Position numbers and translations under genes: made by a program
Shown: piece after piece, positions 1 through 12,603 of the stretch
Position numbering within the stretch: the first letter of the stretch is position 1
Layout of the letters: every line of letters starts with the position of its first letter
Assembly: GCF_006345805.1 (NCBI RefSeq)
Contig: NC_043010.1
Span: 31,062,001-31,126,000 of the forward strand
DNA from: Octopus sinensis
Lineage: Eukaryota
Length of the DNA stretch: 64,000 nucleotides
Direction of reading: 5' to 3'
Notes under the pieces: model-generated
What the model was told of the DNA's origin: nothing
Databases searched by the model: none
Seen by the model: the letters and a program-made list of their open reading frames with translations, nothing else

Positions 1-2771
1 GATAAAGTGTACAATTAGATTATTATCCTGATTCCAGCTTCAGTGTTGCTGCCAGGATTTGAAAAATAGGGCACATTTTCCCTTTTATTTTGTGATTTAG
101 GGGGGATTTTTGAAAAACGAGGGGGGAATTCACGTTGGTGCTCAGTGAACAAATTAAACACTACCCGGCAGTGGCTAAAATGAGAACCGATCAAGCTTAC
201 GTATAAATATTCTTTTTATATGTTTGTTTCTTTTTACACAATATCAAAACGGCTAAAAATTTTCTGAAGCAGCGCCCCCACTAATTTTATCTATGAGCCG
301 CCACTGCTCAGATGTAAAGGGAGAAGGGTATGAGTAACATTGGATAATGTAGTCCTAGATATGTAATGTCCGAGAGTAGGCTGGTGTGACCATCGCGTAG
401 CGTTGGGTGCATGAACCACGCAGGTCGGCCCCTTAATATACATGTGTTTGCTGTAGTTGAAGGTTTGTTATATTGAAGAGAGGCAGCCAATTTGGTTACT
501 GTACTGCATGACCAAAATTTATGCTGTGCTAGAATGCCTTTGGTCATAGGTTTGACCTGGGACTGACCAAACAACACCTATGATGGTTTGGGGACAACTA
601 TCCCAACTTATTCTACATGAAAATATTCAACGTTATCTTATTGGAGACATAATTGTGAGCTTCGAAATTTTAGACAAGTGACATGTTTACCAAAATACTG
701 TCAGAACTAGAAATAGCAGACAACCACTTTCATCATACGTCTTTGTTAAATAAATAATTTTTAAAATGGGTAGTCTTGACACTCCTTAAAAGACGGGATA
801 ATCACAACAGGAATGTATCGATGTTTTGATCCCTAGTTAAACAACTTTACTTACCATATTTGATGGCATAAAAGACGCAAGAGTGTGTCAGTTTCAGTAA
901 CGCATATTCAGAGCAAAACGTGCTAAGTGCATTAAGGCTTAAAGGAAGGCCAAATTCGCATACAGGACCCGGGGTGACTTTTTGAAACATCTGAGAGATG
1001 GGGTTAATGTAACTTAAATGCCATCAAATACGGTATCTTATAATAATTTTGTAACAAATCCTTTGTTTATAGGGATTGTCTCTTCCAAAATACTTGTCGA
1101 TTGTACGAACGGTTGATTACAAGTAAATAGTCACATTTTGTTGTTGATATCTGACAACAGGCAAGCCCAGACCGAACAGACTTTATGATCAAAGATGTTT
1201 AGCATAATGTTTTGTCTTTTTGCTTTAAAACATAATTGTCATCATGTACTCCTTGAAAAAGGCATCAACCAAAAAGTATATTTCAGTGCGAAGTTTGTAT
1301 CAGTAGATTCCGTCAGAAAATAGCGTTGGCTGGAAAAGAGTATTAACTAATTTTACAGTGAAGAAAAAGAGAAGTCTACGCTTCTAGTGCGTAGAATTCC
1401 ACTCGATGCTTTAGATTTCTCTTCTTTTTCGCTGTAAAATAATTTATTTCATTTTGCAAATTCAGTTTTCTAAGCATCGGTTTTTCGCGATCTCCAATGT
1501 TTAAAAGAGTCAAGTCAAGGGGGGTAAGTCTAAATTTTTGCTTATTTTTTAAGATGTACGATAAGTCTTTCATTCTTTGTCCCTTCTGTCGCTATGTTAT
1601 TCTTTAAATTTTTTTCTTAATTTGTTTTCACTATTTGCTTTCTGTTGCATGTAGATCTCCCATCCAAGCCTTTTATTTTTTCTCGTTCTCTCATTTGCTT
1701 GCAATTAAATATTATTTTTTTTAAAGCTCTAGTAAATACCTTAACGCTACTATTGTGTCCACCTCGTTCTGACCACCAGGCACCTGCTAACCACCACATC
1801 AACAATTTGTATTTGACGATAAATACCAATAGACACAGAACGTGGCCAAGGTATTTAGATAAACAAAATCATAGCTTATTCTTGAAATGTTCATCTAGGT
1901 GTTTAATTCGCTTGCTTTAACATTTTGTAATTTTATTTTTTGATTGATTAAAAAAAAAGGCGGGGCATAAAGGAACCTTTAACAGCGAATATTAAAATAC
2001 CGTATAGATTAGCAGAATACACTTGTTTGTGTGTGTGTATATTTTTATTATTGTGTTTAACGAACAAGACTAAGTGTATTCAATACGTTGCAGAGTTTAT
2101 TTATTTGTACGAGGTGACGATTCACTCGGAATTTCTTTTTTGATCCGATCTTTCAGACGGTCACAAAACTCTGAGTACCGATATCAAGTCGTACGAGTAT
2201 AGTGTGTGAGAAAGTGGATGTGTGTGTATATATATTTTCGCTCATAGAAATGTAGCAGCACTTCGGGAAATGAGAACTTATTGCATTTTAACATCGTTGA
2301 ATGGATGCGATTTTCTTTTATTGATGTTTTTTAGTTCCCCCGTTTATCGTTATTAATACTTGCTTCCAATTACAACCGCTTACCAGCATCTCATCGTTTG
2401 ACAATTCAATCAGAACTTGTGAAAGGAGTAATGTTTATTTATCTTTTGCATTAGCATCACATTTATTGTAGCAATAATAATGCCTGTAGCAACTTTGTAA
2501 TTAGGTACTTGCTTAGCAGATTATAAGCCTTGTTTATTTGTTTTTGTTATCACTTAACACGTCAGTTATCATTATCGTCAGTATTGTAGTTATGTTTAAT
2601 ACCATGGTCACCACGAGCAGCAGCATGTTCTTCATAACCAGCTTAACGCTCGTTTATTTTTCCGTTTTTCTCATTAGTTGGACAAAAAAAAAATTAATTC
2701 GGCTAGTATCAGTTAATCTAAAATCATTATACTATTGTGAGTACCTCCAAGAAACATATTTAACTTGTATA

Positions 2772-2791
2772 TTGTCTTTCTTGTTTTACAG
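2772..2791 (+). promoter_or_regulatory. Probable splice acceptor of a 5'-UTR intron of ZNF-A
   Basis: Pyrimidine tract ttgtctttcttgttttacAG ends at 2791, 20 nt upstream of the ATG. Confidence 0.6.
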
Positions 2792-2811
2792 GAATCCCTG
2801 CTACAGAAGCC

Positions 2812-3849
2812 ATGAGTGATGATGGTGAACCTTTAGCTTATGAAAGTAATGGGGAAAATAACCAAATTACCGACTCTGTGAAGACAAGCACTTCAAATGC
2901 CATACACTGTTGCAATGTTTGTGGTAAATGCTTTGAGCAGAGAAGCTATTTACAAAAACATGTCAAAATACATACAGGAGAATTGATTAATCAGTGTAGT
3001 GTGTGCCGAATGGTTCTGTCAGATAAGAGCAGTTTAAAGAGGCATGTGAGGATTCATACAGGGGAGAAACCTTATACTTGTGAGATCTGTGGAATGAGTT
3101 TCTCTCGAAATGGTACTCTGAAAAGTCACACACGGACACATACTAAAGAGACACCTTACTTCTGTAAGACCTGTGGGAAACGTTTTTCAGTCAATAGCTC
3201 TCTCAACAGACATATGAAGACACATTCTGATAGCTTGCCTTACTGTTGTGAAGTGTGTGGTATCTGTTTTGCTCAGAGCCGCTACCTGAAAAGACATACT
3301 AAAATACACACAGGTGAGACGGTTTATAATTGTGAGATCTGTGGGAAGTCTTTCAGTCAAAAGTGTAATCTTGAGACACATATGAGAATACACAACGATG
3401 AAACACCATTTCTCTGTGTAATTTGTGGGAAAAGCTTTTCTCTGAATAGTACCTTAAAACGACATTTAATAACACATTCAAATGAAACTCCTTACCATTG
3501 TGAAATCTGTAATAAAAGCTTCTCTCAAAAACGCTACTTGAGACGGCATAGTCGTACTCACACAGGAGAAACACCCTACCGCTGTGAACTCTGCAATAAA
3601 GGTTTCTCTCAGAAGAGTAACTTAGAAACACATATGAGGATCCATGATGATGAAACTCCTTACCAATGCTTTATTTGTGGCAGAAGCTTCTCTTTAAACA
3701 GTACCCTAAAACGACATTTGTTTACACATTCAGAAGAAACACCATATCATTGTGAATTCTGTGATAAAAAATTCTCTCAAAATCGTTATCTCAAAAAACA
3801 TCTTAAAACACATTCAAATAGTAAAGACTACATAAACAATAAAGAATAA
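2812..3849 (+). CDS. C2H2 zinc-finger protein, 345 aa, 11 tandem fingers (ZNF-A)
   Basis: Uninterrupted ORF with 11 C-x2-C-x12-H-x3-H units joined by TGEKPY-like linkers (TGEKPY, TGETPY, SNETPY, DDETPY). ATG context is gccATGa. Confidence 0.95.
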   Translation: MSDDGEPLAYESNGENNQITDSVKTSTSNAIHCCNVCGKCFEQRSYLQKHVKIHTGELINQCSVCRMVLSDKSSLKRHVRIHTGEKPYTCEICGMSFSRNGTLKSHTRTHTKETPYFCKTCGKRFSVNSSLNRHMKTHSDSLPYCCEVCGICFAQSRYLKRHTKIHTGETVYNCEICGKSFSQKCNLETHMRIHNDETPFLCVICGKSFSLNSTLKRHLITHSNETPYHCEICNKSFSQKRYLRRHSRTHTGETPYRCELCNKGFSQKSNLETHMRIHDDETPYQCFICGRSFSLNSTLKRHLFTHSEETPYHCEFCDKKFSQNRYLKKHLKTHSNSKDYINNKE

Positions 3850-5251
3850 GAAGATAAGGTTTGTCAAATAGTTAATGATAACCAGGACAAAAAATATGAA
3901 GAAATATGGTTGGAAAATATGAAGAGAAAAAGGCAGTTGATGAAGTGCTATGTAAAAAAAGAAATCTATCAGCATGGAAAAAGTAATATGTAACAGGCTT
4001 TCAATACAGTAATGTTGTGAAGAGTTTCAAGTCACTGTCTTCTTTTTTCTTTATTTTCATTTGTCCCTGTATCATACTTTAAGCTCCCATCACTTGGCAT
4101 AAAGCCACCCCGCTCAGTACTACTCCTCCCTTTGCTGAGGGGGTCTTATCTTATGAGTTACCGAGTGGCCTCATTAGTGCCAGTACCACAAAAAAAAAAA
4201 CCAGTACACTGTTAAGTAGTTGACATTAGGAAGGGCATCAACCTGTAGAAACCATTTCAGAGCAGTGGCACTTGATGCAATCTACTGGCTTGCTGGCTCC
4301 TATCAACCATTCAGCCCATACTAGCATGGAAAACATGCTAAATAATGGTGATGTTGCAGTACATAGATGTTTCTACTATTGATAACAAGGAATCAGTTAA
4401 AATATCACAGATTTCTGTGTGGTGGTGGTGGTGGGGAGGATATAGTACAATTAAATCCTTTGTTTCAGTCAATGGACTGTAGCCATGTTGGAGCATCACC
4501 TTTGAAGTATTTAGTCAATAATATTGACCCTAGTACTTTGACTGGTACTTATTTCATTGTTCTTGTAAGATATCATATATGTATAGTGGAAATTGGTGTA
4601 GAAAAAGGGATAACTTGGAAATATTACCGAGCTTGGAAACAAGTGCAGGCTGGTGATAAGAAGGGTATCAAGCTGTAGAAAATCTGCTTCAACAAATTCC
4701 ATTTGACCTATGCAAGCATGGAAAATTGAACATTTAAACAATGACATATATGCACAGCCATGGCTGTGTGGTAAGAAGCTTGCTTCCCAACCACATGATC
4801 TTGGGTTCGTCCCACTGTAGCACCTTGGGCAAGTGTCTTGCCACTAGGAATTAAACTCATGACCCTATGATCATAAGCCATATACCCTAACCACTAAGCC
4901 ACACATCTTCATATAGATTGGCCACAGACCATTGGATGGGATAATTAAAAGATATGTTTATATAATTTTATGAGGGAATGGAGAAGAAGTCAGTTTAATG
5001 TTTGGTAGGTTCTTGCATGAATTCCATTCCTTCATTAAAATTATTGATATTTATTCTGTTAAGATTGCAACATACTTATTTGGTATACATACCTTGGGTT
5101 TGTGAAGTGCTACACTATTAAGTAGCTAATGAGTAATCAGTCATTAATTTGCTGATAGAAAGGTGTAGATATTTTTTGAACATTTTGTTAGCCAGGTTCT
5201 TGCATGAAGAGTACTGCTGAGGTGATCACCTGAATTTCATTTATCCCACAA

Positions 5252-5606
5252 TTATATATATATACATATATATTATATATATTATGTATATATATATATT
5301 ATATATATATATATATGTATATATGTGTGTGTGTGTTATATATATATATATATGTTATATATAAATATGTTATATATATATATATATATATGTTATATAT
5401 ATATGTTAATATATATAATATATATGTTATATATAAATATGTTATATATATATATATAATATATGTTATATATATAAATATATGTTATATATATATAAAT
5501 ATATGTTATATATATATATATATGTTATATATATATATGTGTATTATATATATATATGTTATATATATATATATATATATGTTATATATATATATATAAT
5601 ATGTTA

Positions 5607-5643
<37 letters not shown>

Positions 5644-6588
5644 GTTTATATATATATTATATATATATATGTTATATATATATATGTTATATATATATAT
5701 GTTATATATATATTATATATATTATGTTATATATATATATATGTATATATATATATGTTATATATATAATATATATATTATATATATCTATATATATATG
5801 TTATATATATATATTATATATATATATATGTTATATATATATATTATATATAATATATGTTATATATATATATTATATATATATATGTGATATATATATA
5901 TGTGTTATTATATATATTGTGTTATATATATATGTGTTTATATATATGTGTGTGTTATATATATATGTGTGTGTTATTATATGTGTGTGTTATATATATG
6001 TGTGTGTGTTATATATATGTGTGTGTTATATATATATGTGTGTGTTATATATATATATGTGTTATATATATATATGTGTGTTATATATATATATGTGTTA
6101 TATATATATATGTGTGTCATATATATATATGTGTTATATATATGTGTGTGTGTGTGTGTTATATATATATGTGTGTGTGTGTGTGTTATATATATATGTG
6201 TGTGTGTTATATATATATGTGTGTGTGTGTGTGTGTTATATATATGTGTGTGTGTGTGTGTTATATATAATGTGGTGTGTGTGTTATATATATATATATA
6301 TGTGGTGTGTGTTGTGTTATATATATATATATATGTTATATATATATATATATGTTATATATATATATATATATGTTATATATATATGTTATATATATGT
6401 TATATATATATAGTTATATATATATATATGTTATATATATATATATATATATGTTATATATATATATATGTTATATATATATATGTGTTATATATATTGT
6501 GTTGTTATATATATATATGTGTGTTATATATATATGTGTGTTATATATATATGTGTGTTTATATATATATGTTATTATATATATTGTG

Positions 6589-6643
<55 letters not shown>

Positions 6644-6940
6644 GTGTTATATATTATATATGTTATATATATATATATATATGTTATATATATATATATA
6701 TGTTATATATATATATGTTAAATATATATATGTTATATATATATATGTTAAATATATATATGTTATATATATATATGTTAAATATATATATATGTTATTA
6801 TATATATATATATATGTTATATATATATATGTTAAATATATATATATGTTATATATATATATATTATATATATTATATATGTTATATATATATGTGTTAT
6901 ATATAATATGTGTTATATATATATATATGTGTTATATAAA
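5252..6940. repeat. Compound TA-rich micro/minisatellite, TGT(TA)n units with a (TG)n-expanded centre
   Basis: About 1.7 kb of gttatatatatatat-type units. The overlapping Y/I/M/C/V ORFs are artefacts of the repeat. Confidence 0.95.
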
Positions 6941-6944
6941 ATAT

Positions 6945-7105
6945 TATTAGAGACAAAACCACTATTTTGCAAAACAAACAAGGAAAGACTTAATCAATAC
7001 ATAAAATTTTAATAAATAGTCAAAAAAACCGCCACTACAATTGTTTCTTGTCTTGATCGACAATCTTCAGGTGGACTTCCAATAAGTCAGTTTCAAATTA
7101 TGAAA
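6945..7105 (-). mobile_element. Short (~160 bp) hammerhead-bearing insert, Penelope-like terminal repeat fragment or retrozyme-like element
   Basis: An island of complex sequence with TA array on both sides. It contains the complete hammerhead motif. Confidence 0.55.
7032..7074 (-). ncRNA. Minimal type I hammerhead ribozyme motif
   Basis: Minus strand reads CCAC-CUGAAGA-UUGUC-GAUCAA-GACAA-GAAAC-AAUU-GUA-GUGG. Stem I is CCAC/GUGG, core is CUGANGA, stem II is 5 bp and perfect, then GAAA, a short stem III with palindromic CAAUUG, and a GUA cleavage triplet. Confidence 0.8.
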
Positions 7106-7365
7106 TTATATATGTGTTATATATATATATGTGTATATATATGTATATATATATATATATATATATTATATATGTTATATATATATGTGTTATATATATG
7201 TGTTATATATATATATAATATATGTGTTATATATATATGTCATATATATATGTGTTATATATATATGTCATATATATATGTGTTATATATATATGTTATA
7301 TATATATATATGTTATATATATATATATATGTTATATATATATGTTATATATATATATGTGTTTA
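7106..7365. repeat. TA-rich array, continuation
   Basis: Same TGT(TA)n units. Confidence 0.9.
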
Positions 7366-7480
7366 TATCTGACTGGACTGGTGCAGCTTTCGGGCTCCCC
7401 AGACCCCCAGACCCCAGTTGAACCGTCCAACCCATGCTAGCATGGAAAGCGGACGTTAAATGATGATGATGATGATGATA
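7366..7480 (+). mobile_element. 3' fragment of an interspersed repeat (family B) with (GAT)n tail
   Basis: ctgactggactggtgcagctttcgggctcccc...gcggacgttaaa(tga)n recurs at 37345-37445 and 38570-38682, and inverted at 53936-54060. Confidence 0.8.
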
Positions 7481-7486
7481 TATATA

Positions 7487-7860
7487 GGCGCAGGAGTGGC
7501 TGTGTGGTAAGTAGCTTGCTAACCAACCACATGGTTCCGGGTTCAGTCCCACTGCGTGGCATCTTGGGCAAGTGTCTTCTGCTATAGCCCCGGGCCGACC
7601 AATGCCTTGTGAGTGGATTTGGTAGACGGAAACTGAAAGAAGCCTGTCGTATATATGTATATATATGTGTGTGTCTGTGTTTGTCTGTATATGGTGGTGT
7701 GTTTACGTCCCCGTCACTTAGCGGTTCGGCAAAAGAGACCGATAGAATAAGTACTGGGCTTACAAAGAATAAGTCCCGGGGTCGATTTGCTCGACTAAAG
7801 GCGGTGCCCCAGCATGGCCGCAGTCAAATGACTGAAACAAGTAAAAAAGTAAAAAGAGTA
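7487..7860 (+). mobile_element. tRNA-headed SINE-like repeat (family A), near full length
   Basis: A-box-like ggctgtgtggtaag and B-box-like ggttcagtccc, an internal (TA)/(TG) linker and a conserved 3' end. Near-identical copies at 9027-9395 (minus) and 59503-59903. Confidence 0.85.
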
Positions 7861-8003
7861 TATATATATATATATATTATATGTGTGTGTGTTATATATA
7901 TATATATGTTATTATATATATATATATGTGTGTGTTATATATATGTGTGTTATATATATGTGTGGTGTGTTATATATATATATGTGTGTATATATATATT
8001 GTG

Positions 8004-8040
<37 letters not shown>

Positions 8041-8059
8041 CTATATATATATATATATG

Positions 8060-8107
<48 letters not shown>

Positions 8108-8311
8108 TATATATGTATATATATATGTATATATGATATGTTATATATATGTATTATATATGTTATATATATGTATATATTGTTATATATATGTTATATA
8201 TATGTATATATATGTTATAATATATGTTATATATATTATATATATGTTATGTATATATATATATATATATATATATGTTATATATATATATATGTTATAT
8301 ATATATATATG

Positions 8312-8362
<51 letters not shown>

Positions 8363-8798
8363 GTTATATGTTATATATATATGTTATATGTTATATATAT
8401 ATATGTTATATTATGTTATATGTTATTATATATATATGTTATATATATATGTTATATGTTATTATATATATATATATAATTATAGTATATATATATATAT
8501 ATATATGTTTATGTTATATATATTATATATTATGTTATATTATATATATATATATATATATGTATATGTTATATATATATGTTATATGTTATATATATAT
8601 ATGTTATATATATATGTTATATGTTATATATATATGTTATATATATATGTTATGTTATATATATATGTTATATGTTATAATATATATGTTATATATATAT
8701 GTTATATGTTATATATATATGTTATATGTTATATTATATATATGTTATATATATATATATATATATGTGTTATATATATATATATATACATGTGTTAT

Positions 8799-8836
<38 letters not shown>

Positions 8837-9026
8837 TATATTATATATATATATATGTGTGTTATATATATATATCTGTGTTATATATTATATGTTATTA
8901 TATATATATTATATATGTGTTATATATATATATATTATATGTGTGTTATATATATATATGTGTTATATATATATATATTATGTGTTATATAATATATATA
9001 TTATATGTTGTTATATATATATATAT
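7861..9026. repeat. TA-rich compound array (~1.17 kb) between inverted SINE copies
   Basis: (TA)n runs with gttatat and atgttat sub-units. Confidence 0.95.
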
Positions 9027-9395
9027 ACTCTTTTACTCTTTTACTTGTTTCAGTCATTTGACTGCGGCCATGCTGGAGCACCACCTTTTAGTACTTATTC
9101 TATCGGTCTCTTTTTGCCGAACCGCATAGTGACGGGGACGTAAACACACCAGCATCGGTTGTCAAGCAATGCTAGGGGGACAAACACAGACACACAAACA
9201 CACACACATATATATATATATATACATATATACGACAGGCTTCTTTCAGTTTCCGTCTACCAAATCCACTCACAAGGCATTGGTCGGCCCGGGGCTATGA
9301 GCAAAGACACTTGCCCAAGATGCCACGCAGTGGGACTGAACCCGCAACCGTGTGGTTGGTTAGCAAGCTACTTACCACACAGCCACTCCTGCGCC
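9027..9395 (-). mobile_element. SINE-like family A copy with a small internal deletion
   Basis: Reverse complement of 7487-7860, lacking about 40 bp near the aagaataagtcccggggtcgat segment. Confidence 0.85.
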
Positions 9396-10515
9396 TATAT
9401 ATCTGTTTTATTTATATATATATAAATGGATATATGCACATACATATGCAAAAACATTTCCTTAGCGTTAATGGACTTCTATAACTGATTGGTAATTTAG
9501 TCTTGGTCAGGTTTACTTATTGACCACTAGTCCAAGTTTTAAATGTCTGCAGTTCTCCCACAACTCCTGGGATGAGCATAAGGTTGTGGCTATTAGAGGT
9601 GTTGTTACAAGTATTGGCCCCTAAACAGCTGTGTGATTGCCTCAGGGAGTGTGATGATGGAAGCAGTCTGATAGAAGCATTTAGGAATGAGCTTTCTGAA
9701 CACCAAATTCCTCACTGATGTCCTCATTATTATCACCTTTATGTACACCTTCAACCTTTCTCACCCATAATCTATCCAAACATTTTCTAATTGAAATAAT
9801 CATAAAAACATTACCACTGCTAAGGAATGTCAATAACCATCATAGTAATTAAGGGACATAGTATAGGTTGAACCTCCTTAATTCAGCAAACTTAGGACCT
9901 GACCATTACTAGATTACAGAAAATTCTGTACTACAGAAACTGATCTTTGAGTGCCCCATTAAAAGAATCTTCTATGTAACCATCTGTATGCAACATATAT
10001 ATTGCAGCAACCTTTCAAAGTTTGCCACTCTTTAGACTTTGCTAGCTTTCATTTTCAGCAAAAAACTTTAAAATTTGTTCTTTTAATTTCTTTAAATCAT
10101 ACACAGTCAATGATCTGACACCACAGTATTTACACAAGCTCATTACTGAAGTTCCTTTCTCTATAACTCCACCTTTTCAAGCGTAGATAATACTTTATGT
10201 TTATGCTTTTTAGCATTAACACCATCTTCTGTATCTTTTGGTCTCTTGGATGACCTCCTAATGAACTGAAATACAATTGGATATATAAAATTTACAGAAT
10301 TGTATCAGGCACTCAGCTGGTGTAAACATAAATAAACCTTGCACCCCAGTGGTAGGTCTGCAAACTAATGGTAGCAGATACAAAATGTGTCAAACTAAAG
10401 AGGTTCAACATGTAATAACATAAATATTCAAGAACTGTAGAGTATTTAATGCAAAAGTTAAAGAACAAAAGTTGAATTGTTCAGTGTTCAAGAATAATAA
10501 GCAGATATTCCTCTA

Positions 10516-10555
10516 CTGTGTATGGCTTGTTGTCTTTGGAACAAGCCATACACAG
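10516..10555. repeat. Perfect 16-bp inverted repeat with 8-nt spacer
   Basis: ctgtgtatggcttgtt-gtctttgg-aacaagccatacacag. Confidence 0.9.
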
Positions 10556-12603
10556 AAATCAGAAATGCACCTTATCCAGTTTTGTCACATTTGAATTTTC
10601 CTATAAATTGATCCATTTTTTTAGGACTTTGTAGTATCTCTTCTCAGTTGTATCTAATTTATTTTTTTAAATCATTCATAGCAATGTTGCTATTCTATTC
10701 ATCATGACTGATATCTCACTACACATTCTATATTGTTTGGAGATCTCAACTCAAGTTTTTCTAACTAGGAACAAAGCAGAGGATAATTAAGTTAGTGTTA
10801 ACATATTAAATGACATGAACATCAAAAATCTTATAAGAAACAATAACATGGAGAAGAGAGGAAAGAGGAGCACAACCTCAATGCTTAATATTATTTATAT
10901 GTTGTGGCAAGAATGGTAGACAATTCCAATGTTGTTTCGGTCTTGTTAAACCTTCTCAGTGAAGCACATTTCACATTTGCCTAAGTTGTAGTAAAGGAAT
11001 TACTAAGTAAAATTAGAGAAATTAAAATATGCTAGTTTTCCACACCTACACAGATTACTATATTGTAATCTTCAACAAAAATACAACCAGCCATCGCTCA
11101 CAAATGAGTATGGTTTAATAACATCCACTACTTTTTGCTAATTGCTTGAGGTACCTATGTAGTTACAAGCTTACATGGACAGCTCCTTGGCACAGCAGAG
11201 CAATCCAAGAAGAGAGAGGGCTACTACTCATTACTGTTGAATAAACATGAAGGCATGTGGCCTAGTAGTTAGGGTGTTTGATTTATAATCATAAATTTGT
11301 AGATTCAGTTCTTGGACAGAACTGTGCATTGGATCTTTGAGCAAGCCACTTCATTTCATGCTGCTTGATTATAATGAATGAAAGCTAGTACAGCACCCTC
11401 ATTCCCTCTCTCTCTCTCTCTCTCTCTCTCTCCACCTGTTACATCCTGAATATTCAGCTGGATCAAAAATGAGGGACTGAGGGGGTGTCTATGTTCACTT
11501 GCAACTACATAGAGACATAAACCAATTAGTGAAATTATGGTACATGTTACTTAACTATATTCACACAAGAGTTGGTTGTATTTTGATAAGTGCAATGAAA
11601 TCTATGCTTCACTGAGAAAATCTAATAAAACTGAAACATTTCCAATGTTGTCTCCTATATTTTGCCAAACTGATTAAAATACATATATAAAAATAATAGT
11701 CATTAAGTACACAGCATTAGTATTTCTAATTAGGTTTTTCATACATACTTAACTGTTGATTTTCGTGAAGTGAGCAAATTTTATAATCCCAAAGGATGAG
11801 AAGGAGGAAATATTTTAACATTGGAAAAGATAATTAGGACAGTGATGAACCTATGATGAATGTCAACAGTGGGATACCACAAGGTTTTTGGTTGCACACA
11901 ATGGATTTTTTAAAAAAATCTCCCCATAATATTGTTATAAATAGCTTATCAATAAGTATTTACTAAAAGGTGAAAAAACATGTCTGCATGTATTTTAGTT
12001 TTTAGCTTTAGAATAAATCTAGTAACAAAATTTATTTTTTATCTTCTTATTTCAGTCACTGGACTACAACCATGCTGGGGCACTACCTTGAAAAGTATTA
12101 ATTGAACAAATTGACCTTAGTACTCACATTTTATAAAGTTTGGTTCTTATTCTCACTTTTTTTCCTAGTTTTTTTTACAATTTGCATTTTTTTTACAGTT
12201 TATATAATTGCCATTATGCATACTGAAACATACACACTCTATCTCACACATATACATTCTAGGCTGCATCCAGAGAAAGGTTATTCAACTGACTGGCATA
12301 AAGTTATTCACAAACATGCTCTTACCTCTGGCCTTTAACTCTAATTGCTTTTACTCCACTCAGGCACTCCTGACTCATTCATCTGCCTTCTCCTCATTAT
12401 CCATGTTTATGTCCAACACCTCAGGACCCACATTCACTACTAAATTAGGATGTTATGGTCTGGAACTCCTTTGTGCAGGTGTCAACTTGCAAAGTTCAAG
12501 TGGAGCATTATGAGCATTGGAATTTCAACAACATCAACAGGGTATTTTTGTTTGTATGTATGTATGTACATGCATACATACATACATAAATGTAGTGTGG
12601 TAT

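Noticed and set aside
39-306. Possible hAT-type MITE (cagtgttgc ... gagccgccactg)
   Set aside because: The right end looks like a CAGTGGCGG TIR, but the left end matches poorly and no TSD is evident.
1376-1573. 65-aa basic ORF divergent from ZNF-A
   Set aside because: No domain, splice or homology evidence is visible. A short ORF like this is expected by chance.
7487-7560. tRNA gene
   Set aside because: A/B-box-like motifs are present but there is no cloverleaf. It is the head of a multi-copy SINE-like repeat.
5315-9143. Long ORFs rich in Y, I, M, C, V (up to 420 aa)
   Set aside because: They are translations of the TA/TG arrays, which happen to lack stop codons in some frames. No protein signal.
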